Positions 53,040 to 64,000 of a stretch of 64,000 nt of DNA are shown here, piece after piece. Source of the stretch: Bigelowiella natans CCMP2755 (lineage: Eukaryota > Protista > Cercozoa); the NCBI GenBank assembly GCA_000320545.1, contig ADNK01001273.1:22504-86503 (forward strand), read 5' to 3'. The notes beneath the pieces are model-generated. The model worked only from the letters and a program-made list of their open reading frames with translations, was not told the origin of the DNA and searched no databases. The position numbers were made by a program, and so were the translations under genes. Every line of letters starts with the position of its first letter. Positions within the stretch are counted from its first letter, which is position 1.

Positions 53040-54572
53040 AATCGTTGTTTACCAAATTATCCTCAAATGTGGAGTGTTGGTCAATAAGAATGATATAGGT
53101 GACTGGTTCGAAAATGTCACCCAAGAGGTCAAAAGACAGGGAGGGTTGCATAGGTTACCTCTAAGCGTGGTCCTGCTGCAAGCTCTCATCGCCATTGCAG
53201 AAGTTCAGATTTGATAGTTCCAAATTCGAATCAGCATTTAACGAAATCCAGTCAATTTTCACTCCATCGGTTACATCTGATAGTAAGTCCTTCCAAACCA
53301 CGACCCTTTCTGCCATACTTTAATTTTAGGCTGGCATATTTACGACTCCTACATGTGCCTAGAAGAATACCCATGAGTTCCTTCTCTCCGTCATGGAAGA
53401 ATTGTTGTCTCATGTGAAACTGGTAAAATTCCACTAATGTTCCACATGTTAAGTCGCGAAGGGGTATCCGCAGGGTAGATTCTCTTGCTTTCTTTCTTCG
53501 TTCAACCACCCTATGGCTGCGATTGGGCCCAACAACAACATGAAGTCTGATGTTTCCACATGAAATTTTAATCTAAACGGAATCAGGCTCTCTCAATCAC
53601 GGAAAGGCGAGAACTCGCCATGAAAAAGAAGGAAATTCCCGCGCAAATCAGCTGACGCCAACCTACATACCTACATCAATTGTCTAAATTTCTTAGATGT
53701 TCACTCGATGATGATCTTCCATCCCCGTACACCAAAAAAAGCACTGGAGATCTTTTGAGGCTTATCGCTGCCTCATTCCGTCCTGTCTCACCAGTCGAAA
53801 TCCCAGGAAATACAAGAAAACCCAGTGGAAAAGAAGGCTCCTGCAATTGGTTTTCCCAAAAAAATACTGAGTTGTTTGCTTTTCAGGCATACGACAACAG
53901 TTCCGTGATGACGCATGTCCCCAATTACTGATCTTTCGGGGGTTTTGACCTTTTGAGGGGCGACAGGCTGCGCCCAATTTGACACAATCGGCTTCAAACG
54001 ATCGATTCCCCTCTGATACGAGGAAGGTCGCTGCTTTTCTCCCTACATCCTTTCAAAAACTTTTCCTGGTCTTGGTGGGTTTCTTATTTTGTCCGGGGGA
54101 ACCTCGGATGACTAAGATCAAAAGGATGTGGACAACTCGGGGGGGCCACTTCCCGCTCAGAAGAAGAATTTTAGATGGAAGGATCAACTCTTTTTTTTTA
54201 ATCCATTGTTTATTAGCTTATTACTACAGAAAAACTATAAGCTTTTCACCCTTCTAGTAGCCAATTTTCAGAAAAATGCGGACGGGTGAATATTGTCCGC
54301 TAGTTTTATATTAAACATGTCTACTTCGGTGTCACACGAGCGTTGCGCCAATTCCATTTCAATAGTTGGCGTGTTCACGATCCAGTCTGACAATAGATAG
54401 TATGATGCAGCTCTATACAGAGCGTCACTATTTTTCAAGTTTGAGGCAAACGTGACTAATCTTAATGTAATGTAACAGAGTTGAGGGGAATCGTTTCTGG
54501 GGATCATTTTCACCTTCTGCTTCAACCACTTTCTGCCCCTTGGAACTGGAGATTTTGTAAGTCTCGAGTCAA

Positions 54573-56203
54573 ATGTTTGGGCCGGGAAGTGGGGGTGCAG
54601 TCTTGGTCGATGTCAAGGTTATCGAGAAAGAAAACCACGATGATTTATCGGGGCGCCAGAGTCAACTTTGGGTGCTTGTTGATTCAACCGTCCGGATGGT
54701 TAAGAAACAGATTGCGGACAAATTCAGTATTGCGACCGACGAACAGACAATTCTTTTTCGAGGAAGAATATTAGATGATAATCAGACAATGCAAGAGTGC
54801 GGCATTCGAGGTATTGGGAAGGAAGTAGCAAGCCTTGTAGTTGTACAAAAGCGGTTGCGACAAGAAGTTAGTGGAAGCCACGCTCAAATTCCCGAAGATA
54901 CTAAGCGCGTCATATTCCATTGGGATCCCAAGAGGAAAGGAAGCAAATACCAACTGGACACCCCGAAACTGAGGACTTGGTTTCACCACGGTTCTTGGCA
55001 AACAATTCAAGGTGGAAGGAGTGGCTCACAGAAGAATGTTGTTGGAAGATGTAGAAATGTCCCCAATTATCTAATATAATACGTGTATCATCTTCATGTG
55101 ATTTGTATCATATGTATTCTCCCTACTTAAATGACGCTAATTGCAGGTGACATGGTGTTCCCCCCTGACTCTGGGAAGTGGTATTGGGAATTGAAGTTCA
55201 CACATGTGAGCCTAAAACAAAACTCCTTCGCGGCGGTTGTAGGTCAGAATTAAGAGAAGAAGCTCCTCTTCTTTTCATCGATTATTAACAACTTCCGTGG
55301 ATAATTTAGGCGTGGTCCCTGAAGGACCTTTCTCTAGTAAGGCGAATCAACCAATTGGGTGGCAAAAGGTTCTCTTATTTTGCAACTGCCTTCCCCCGAT
55401 ATTTTTTTAAAATCTATTTTTGACTTCTTTTTTGACCTCGATTTCACACAACAGCAGACATACAATATGTCACATCGACTCACATGCACTACCACCACCA
55501 CTACTACTTTAGTATGTACGTGTGTATATAAGACTTTGTATGTGTTCACAAGAAGCTGAATGCTTTCATCATCATCATCATCCAAACTCCTCGAAATATG
55601 TGTAGGTGGCTGGATGGGGCCTAGTTATTGGCACTGGACAGAGCTTGCACAAGGGTGGGACATTGGAATACGGCCAAAGCTCTAGCGGCCAAAGCTCTAG
55701 CGGTCCAACCTTCGGCCCATTCATAAAGAAAAACGATGTCATAGGGGTGCTTCTCGATATGGATCATGGCACGATCGCCTTCTTCCGGTAGTAAATAGCG
55801 CTACTACATACAGCCAACAAGCAAGATGACGACAACGACGACGTGTGTTGAGAAAGTCTCTCGAATTTTGACACAATTGTTTTTGTCCTCGCTTTACTAC
55901 TTCGCAGCAATGGAAAGTCACTGGGCGAGGCGTTCAGTGGGATAGCGTCAACGGTACGGCCTGCCATGTCTTGCATTCAGCAGCAAGCCGCCTCCCTGAT
56001 GCATCCAGATTCCTCGCGCGCCTCCAGTGATGGGTTAGAGAATGGGATGTACGTTAAAGGGAGCGGAGGTCCTCAACGTGTGGTGAAACAACTAGCCGCC
56101 GCCGAAAGAGGAGCTAGCAAGCGGGAGTTGAAAAGATCGAGCATTAGTAGCGGGAGCAACAGCTTTTCGTGGTGCCGGCCGACTAGGTAGGAAGAACACC
56201 CAG

Positions 56204-56241
<38 letters not shown>

Positions 56242-57417
56242 CAAACACATTGGCTTTCTTTCACGAAGCGATGAATAATGTTAAGAGTTTTTTGCAATGT
56301 CCCTCCTCCTCTTCCTCCTCCTCCTTCATCAAGATGTGTGTAAGTTGTGACTTGTACTTCTTGACAAATATGTAGGTCTGGGATCACATTAGACGCCAAT
56401 AGACGAGTGGTGAGTTAAACCCTCTTTTCCCTCTCTCCAATCGCTTGGAGGGCTAAACTCATTTTTTTATAACAAATCAAACACACACACACACGCACAC
56501 ACGCAAGCATATACATATATTCATATTATACGGTGTTTCCCCTATTGAGTGTTTGCACCCATTCTCATGGTTGCTTTGTTGTTTTTGTTGTTACCAGGCT
56601 CAGAGTTGCTTGGGAGGCTGGGTGACTGTCATCGGGGACAAGGTTTTAGTAAATCTTCGATGAGAAAAATGTGATGATTGGGGCATGATGATACAAATTA
56701 ATGATGATGATGACGACGACGATGATGATGTCTAGCAACGATGATGTCTTTTCCCAAATAACTCGGCATGATTCCACAGCCGTATATCGGTCATTTATAC
56801 TTCCTTCCATTTTCACCTCCCCCCCCCCCCCCCCCCCTCTCCCTCTACTTCTAAATTTACCAGGTATTTATGCCTGGCACGGGCGTCCATACATGGGAAA
56901 TCACGCTGACAAATATAGACAAGGAGAAGAATGTGTTCGCATGCGTCGTCGGCGTCGTTCCTGCAAACGAATCCGCCATCACCTCGAGCAACCAGCCCAT
57001 TGGGTGGAAAAAGGTACTTTCTACTTTATGTACTAATACTTTTGTTGTATCTGGTAATAAGATTATAATCGAATGTGCCATAGCGCGGCTTTTAAGAGGG
57101 GAGAAACATCAGTGTCGCTCGTTATTTCGACACATCTAATTGAATTCGTGAACAACCCTCTTCCTCCTTATCCTCATCCTAACACTCGCTAATTCAAGGT
57201 CGATGGCTGGGGTCTGGTTGTGGGTACCGGTGAGTTGCTGCATAAGTCCACAGGCAGAAGCTATCCCGGTAGTAGTAGTAGTAGTAGTAGTAGTAGAAGT
57301 AGCAGTGGTGGTGGTGGTGGTGGTGGTTGGCGAAGTCAATCGTCGTGTCTTAATACAGTGGTGCTAGAGCAAGTAATGTTACTATCATGATAATAGTAGT
57401 GATCCAAAAGAGCGTGC

Positions 57418-57453
<36 letters not shown>

Positions 57454-58737
57454 GATGGGTGAGTGTGTTACTATTGCATATATCTCCTTCATTTTTGCTT
57501 CATCAAACAAAAAAAGGTGGCGTACCAACTCCCGAATTCCAGTCACGCGACCGCGTAGGCGTCGTTTACGACTCGAATAGAGGTTCTCTTCCCTCCCGCC
57601 ACGCTCATCAGCACGACACATCGATTCATTCATTTATTCGTCCGCATTGGCAACGATTGAAAGCACCTCAGTAGAGTGTTGTGGCATGTTATTGTTATCC
57701 GGCAGGAACCATTTCTTTCCATCGCAACGGCTTGGATCTAGGAGTTGCATTCGAAAGTACAGATACGCACATACTCACGTCACACACAATATCTCTTTCT
57801 CTCCCCCCCTCCTCTCCCATGGTACATACACTGAATTATATCTTCAACTGCCACTACAACAACAACAACTACTACTACTACTACTTATCAGGTATCCGCG
57901 TTCCAATTCGTGCAGCACTATCCTGCATACAGACGCAGGAGACGAAATTGCAAGCACCCGCATCTTGGGGTGAGTGAGAGTGAGTGAGTGGGTGGATGAA
58001 TGAATGGTCATCTAGCCAAATTATAATGATGATAGCGATGATAATAATAATGATGCGATGATGATGATGATGATTGCGGTGGTTGTGGATAAAATGACTC
58101 CACGTTTTCTTTGTTCTACAAATCCACTCCACTTGTCGCCGCCACCAGTTTTTTGTTGGCATCCAATCACTCATTTCTCCTCGATTGTTATCAAACCTGT
58201 CGCTCCACCGTCAATTCGTATTCCCACTCTCCCACCACTTGCTGCTGTCGAATGCTATCATTACGGTGATTTTTTTGTAAAATTTTATATATATTCTCGT
58301 TGTTCTCCCTACTCAGAAGGGTCATCCGGAAGTAGGATCGCCTCCCCATCGAAGTCCCTGAACGCCAGCTTCGATGACGGGAAGAATCTGGAATTCCACC
58401 CCCAGAACAATCAGTCCTCCTCTTCGTCATCAAGTCTTGTCGGGGGTGGGAATGGAATTGAGGATATCAACCCCTTTTCAGATGCTGCTGCTAAGAGTAG
58501 TAGCAGTAGTAGGCGGAGTAAACGCGAGTTTCGGTGGCAGCGCCCATCGTCCAATGGCAGTGATGTCACCGTGAGTAAGGACGGCAAGGAGACAAGAGGA
58601 GGTGATGATGATCATGATGATGACGATAATGATGAATAAACAGCGTAGTAGAAGAAGTAGCAGTGGCGATATGTTCTGGCCTTTCAACCGCCGGTTTATA
58701 AAATGATAGACTCTACAGTGGTGGGTAGCTCTCTCTC

Positions 58738-58782
<45 letters not shown>

Positions 58783-58920
58783 AATTGGCCCTGGTGGCAT
58801 CATAGAACAGTTTCAAATAAAGAACTCCTCCTGTGCAAATGAAACCCGAAACAAACGATGATGCGCTGTTCTGGGACACAGCTTTTCATCGGTTATGAAG
58901 AAATCGTTCTTCATTATTAA

Positions 58921-58953
<33 letters not shown>

Positions 58954-59931
58954 GTTCGCCATCCTGTAGGTTCGAGTTCATGGAGGACATTGTTCGGAGA
59001 TACAATCTTCCATCCTCGATCGGGCGCTTATGAATGGGAGGTATGTACCCATCATCTTGCGTAGTAAGCGGGAGATTTGCTTACATTTGCTCCTGATCTT
59101 TCCCCCGCCCCCCCGGGCTCTGTTCTGCTCTTAGGTACTCCTCACACGCTTGTATCTCCGATCGAATACTTTTGGCGTGGTGCTGGGTAAGGATAAACGT
59201 TGTTGTTAGTCATTGACGCTGCTTGTTGCGGGCGTGTTCGAATGTGTGCACGTGTGTGTGAGTGAGTCATAAATGTCATACACATCGTGTTAGTATCAGC
59301 ATCATCGTGATCGTAGCATATGCTCTGCCGTGGTATCATCACAGGTGTCGTTCCTGCGTCGTACACGCAGACAGGGTCAGGAAGCAATCAGCCCGTGGGA
59401 TGGAAGGTAAGAGAAATGCGACGACGACGGATACGACACCGTTGCGGAGGAGGAGTGAGGAGAGGAGGAAGAGGAAAAGGAGGAATAAATTATGGATGCT
59501 GCTCCTGCGCCTACGAAATGATGATGATAATGATGATGATGAGGATGTAGAAACGGGTTCATCATCATCACCTCTTCCTTTCATTTTATTCAATCCGAAA
59601 GAGGCTGTTACAGATTCAAAACACCAACTGAGATGTGACATGTATGTATCAAGGCGGTGCCCGGATGGTCGTTAGTCTCTGGTACTGGCCAAAAACTTCA
59701 TCAGGTCACCCTTGTCGTCGTCGTCGTCGTCATCATCAATCAATCCACATCATCATTAGCATGAACCGCTGCTGTGAGTTTGACGTGATATTATACCCAA
59801 CCATTTCCAGTCTGGTGCGCTGCCGTATGTGCAAGGAGATGGCTTTGTGCGTGGAGAGAAAGTGGGAGTGCGGTTGGACACGGACGCCGGTAACAACATG
59901 CAGTCAGTCAGTCAGTCAGTCATCACAGCTT

Positions 59932-59970
<39 letters not shown>

Positions 59971-60339
59971 TAACGACGACGATGATGATGATGATGATGC
60001 GTGATAATCAACGATGATAACCGGAGAACTCAAAACCAAATGAGAGCTAGTTTCTCAATGAAATTAAATTCCTCTCGCTTTCACCGGCGCTCTGAGATTA
60101 TCTACCTTGCTTCGTCAACTACGTGCTATTGCATGCACGAATCGGCTTTCCCAGCCTCTCTTTGCCTTGGGGGCCTTTTTTTTTTTCCTTTAGCATTTAT
60201 GGCTGCTCCTCCTCAACTCTTTCTCATCGTCCATTTCCTCACTCTGCTTTTCTATCCATCAGGAACGTTGGAATTCTTCAAGAACGGTAGGCCTCTTGGA
60301 GTAGCGTTTACGGTAGTACTCAGAGTAGTAGTAGTAGTG

Positions 60340-60371
<32 letters not shown>

Positions 60372-60817
60372 TGTAGTAGTTGTAGGAGTAGTAGTAGTAG
60401 AGGAACGATAAGGGGCCCTGGAAGACACGGACAAGAGTTTCGAAGGAGGAAAAAAATGATGGTCTTTTTTTGTGCTTCAATACTTCTCCGTCTCCTCATC
60501 GTTACCATAGTCCTCATAATCCTCATATTCACCACCATCATCATCATTATCACCATTATCAGGGCATCTGCGTCGCGGTCAGACCCGCCTTAAGCTGCAT
60601 CCAAAATCAAACCACGATCCTGTACTCCCCACCCGTTACGAAGCTGCTGAGGTACAGAGAGGGAGGAAAGGAGAGGGGTGGTTTTGTTTGTCCTGCAAGT
60701 CTCCTTCAGGGAGTTTCTCGCAGCTGGGCTAGTCTGTATCTCCTTTCCTGCAAATACTCTTTCCTCTTTTCCTCCTTCTCGTTATCACTTAAGACAGCGA
60801 TTCTATGGTGGTTATAC

Positions 60818-60852
<35 letters not shown>

Positions 60853-60858
60853 GCAGCC

Positions 60859-60893
<35 letters not shown>

Positions 60894-61470
60894 TGCAGCT
60901 GTGCCCTCGTCGTGTTGCTCCATGTTTTTGCCAAATAATACTATTATTTCTACTCGCCGCATCATCACAATCATGTAGTGGTCCAAAGCAGCGTGCGGTT
61001 TCCTCCCCCCTCGACAACATGGATAGAAAAGGTGAGGACGACGACGACAACGATGATGATGATGATGATGATGATGGTGGTAGTAGTGGGTGGTATGGTG
61101 GTGCATATGTTAGGATTACATTTACCCCTATTTTTCCCATAGATCGCGTGCTTACTTCTGTACCAATGTTATACAACAACATAGCGATTAGTAGCAGTAA
61201 ATTGTATCGGGCCATAGCAAGCAGCAAGAAGCTTCGATGTTCTTTTTTTCACGATTTTGAATCTGCAGGAAACCAACAAAGAGAGAAGAGAGAGCCTGTG
61301 GCAGGGTGGGGATGGAAACTAGTAGCAGCTGGAAAGGCCGCAGGTATTACTACTACTACTACTACTACCACTACTACAAATAACGCAATATGCCAACAAA
61401 CCTTCGGTTCTTGCCGCGGCCATCAAAGGGCAATTAACATCGTTCTTTTTGTTGTTGCTGCTGTTGTTGT

Positions 61471-61504
<34 letters not shown>

Positions 61505-63373
61505 ATCCAGCTGACCGTAACGTCGTGTTGGAGAACGGCGCAAGGGTAAACTCATCGCTATATTTATAGTTGATCAATATACCTCGCCGCGTACTACTAA
61601 TCCGAAGATGATCGATCGTTCCTCCTTTGTTATGGTTATGACAAGCAGCTTGTGACCAAGGCGTCTTGCTGGCACACAGTCGTTGGCAACACCGTCATTC
61701 AATCCAATACAGGCATTCACGTCTTCGAGGTCAAGCTAGAGGTAACGATAGCAATCACCACGACCTTCTATGTAAGCGTTGTGTGGGAGGATTTAGCACC
61801 TTCCCTCCCTCCGCCCCGTCCTATCTCTATGAGTGTTACTGAGACCTTCTTTACTCCGCAGCGGTTCCGATTGATGTCCAATACCTTCGGAGTAGTCATT
61901 GGGGTAATAAGAGCAACTTTATCCCCCTCCCCCTACTACCTGCCCCCCTGTGAGTCGCATCGCTCAGCACATCCTATGGAAGGATTGTTGCATCGAGAGA
62001 CTATGATGACGACGACGATGATGATGATGATGATGATGGGTGATAATCAACGATGATAACCGGAGAACTCAAAACCAAATGAGAGCTAGTTTCTCAATGA
62101 AATTAAATTCCTCTCGCTTTCACCGGCGCTCTGAGATTATCTACCTTGCTTCGTCAACTACGTGCTATTGCATGCACGAATCGGCTTTCCCTGCCTCTCT
62201 TTGCCTTGGGGGCCTTTTTTTTTTCCCTTTCCCGCACTCAAATCTCCCCCCTTCCCCCTCACCACCACCATCTCACCCTGTGTATGGCACAAGCAATGAT
62301 GATGGGGACAACGAGAAATGTTTGTTATGAGCTGTTGGTATGAATGCAAGCTTGCGTCCGTTTGTTGACTGATCGTTGGTGTTCTCCCTGCGCAGGTTGT
62401 CCCACGAGATTTCCATCCAGATCCGGTCACGAATCAACCTATCGGGTGGAAGGCCGTGCAGGTATAACTGCTACTACTACTACTACTACTACTACTACTC
62501 CTACTACCACTACTACAACTACCACCACTACTACTACTAGTAATACTAAAACACAGCATGTAGCAGAAAGCCTCCTGCTCCTCCTGCTCCTCCTGCTCCT
62601 CCTCCTCCTCCTCCTCTTATTCCTCCTCATGTTGCTGACGGCAGAAGGTCACCATTTCTGTGTTGTGTTCTCATGACTACCACTCTTCGCTTAGGGTTGG
62701 GGGTTGGTGGCAGGCACCGGAGCTTGTCTACACAAGAAAATCGTTGCTCGCCGGTAGTACTACTAGTAGTAGTAGTACTAGTAGTAGTAGTAGTAGTAGG
62801 ATGAGGAGGCAGTAGTAGTCATAGGAGTTGTTCGAATAAGGATTGAAGCAGTAGCAGCAGAGGCTGTGATGATGATGACGGGTAGGAAGGAGTTGGTATG
62901 GGGATCTTCTTCTTCTTCTTCTTCTCCTCCTCCTGTTTTTCCATCGGGTGAACATCCGAAGTCGTCGTCAAATTTCAAAGCACCAGGCTTCCTCTTTGTC
63001 CTCCTGACGATGATCTCACCTACCACACAGATACGCAACCCGTAACAACTCTGAATCCATATCATTCGGTGACGATGATCTTGACGACGGTGAGAATAGC
63101 GAGCCAACGCACTGGCTCAAAACCACCTTGGAAGATGACAGCAATGGCATTACATGCATGCATACTCGCCCCTCGTTCCCTGATCTGCGCACAGCAATAC
63201 CACATTCTTCCTCTCATCTTGACCTGCTTCCCCCTTCCCACCCTCCCAATTGCTGAGCTGAAATAGAAATATAGTGCTGATGCTGAGGTTGTGCTCCTCC
63301 TCACTACTGCCAGGAGACCTTTCCACCCCACCCTTCGAGCAAGGCGATATCATCGGAGTTGTGATTGATACAG

Positions 63374-63415
<42 letters not shown>

Positions 63416-63697
63416 GGAAACCGAGGAGAAGAGAGGGGGGGGGGGGGAGAGAGAGAGAAAGAGAATATTTTGTATGCGTGTGTTTTTGTGGCATAATCTT
63501 GAGATCCTTCGATGAAATTATTCTTTCGTTTATCCGTAACACGGGAAGTTGAACACAATATCAGCCATCAGCAGCCATAACCCGTCTCTTTCTCCTTGTT
63601 GTGGACCACAGATCGCAATACTATCGAATTCCAACGAAACCATCAATCTCTCGGCATCGCATTCATAGGAGTGGTAATAATCTTAACAGTGCTTATC

Positions 63698-63733
<36 letters not shown>

Positions 63734-64000
63734 TACTCTTATCATCATCAGAGTTGTTGTAATTCCCATTATCATCAAGATAGTATGTGTTGTTCTTCAT
63801 CGGCTGCAGAGACATTTGTCACATTTCTCTTCGCAATAGTAGTAGTAGCAGCAGCAGCAGTAGTGCATCCAAAGTGTTGCTGCTGTTTCCCCCTTCTTTC
63901 TTCCCCTCTTTCGCTCTTTCTCCTCCTGCTGCTGATGATCATCTACGTTTGCTCTTTTCCCCTTTTCTTCTTCTTCTTCTTCTTCTTCTTCTTGTTCTTG
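54573..64000 (+). CDS. Ubiquitin-like domain plus at least four tandem SPRY/B30.2 domains; continues past the window edge
   Basis: UBL: STVRMVKKQIADKFSIATDEQTILFRGRILDDNQTMQECGI. Four SPRY units, each with W/F-E, GVVP..NQPxGW, GWxLVxGTG, GVxxD..T.xF.xN..LGxAF (about 54900-55980, 56150-57930, 58520-60620, 61300-63680). Confidence 0.88.
60001..60188 (+). repeat. About 188-bp intronic repeat, copy 1
   Basis: Near-identical to 62040-62227 (one substitution in the core). Bounded by (atg)n and poly-T. Confidence 0.95.
62040..62227 (+). repeat. About 188-bp intronic repeat, copy 2
   Basis: Near-identical to 60001-60188. Confidence 0.95.

Overview
Eukaryotic nuclear DNA from an intron-rich protist. 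A signal-plus-transit presequence and a nuclear HslU suggest an alga with a secondary plastid, possibly a chlorarachniophyte (inference). Most short ORFs in the track are artefacts of intronic microsatellites, so I assembled the genes by hand from GT/GC-AG junctions. In order: a degenerate LINE reverse transcriptase (-); a channel-type ClC chloride channel of about 40 small exons (+); a WrbA-type flavodoxin (-); an F-box/FIST FBXO22-like gene (+); a 16-exon SWEET sugar transporter fused in frame to a C-terminal LOV blue-light sensor (+); an intronless TPT/SLC35 transporter (+); a membrane thioredoxin-like gene (-); a DHHC palmitoyltransferase (-); a membrane-anchored TupA-like ATP-grasp protein (+); a plastid-targeted YciI-GrpE fusion (+); HslU (-); and a UBL-4xSPRY gene that runs off the right edge (+). 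Two observations stand out. (1) The SWEET-LOV fusion is a candidate directly light-regulated sugar uniporter. (2) Intergenic and TE-derived islands have almost no TpA except inside CTAG, and conserved RT tyrosines read as Cys or His. This points to a double-stranded TpA>TpG/CpA hypermutation process running opposite to fungal RIP. All counts and exon models are manual and need computational confirmation.
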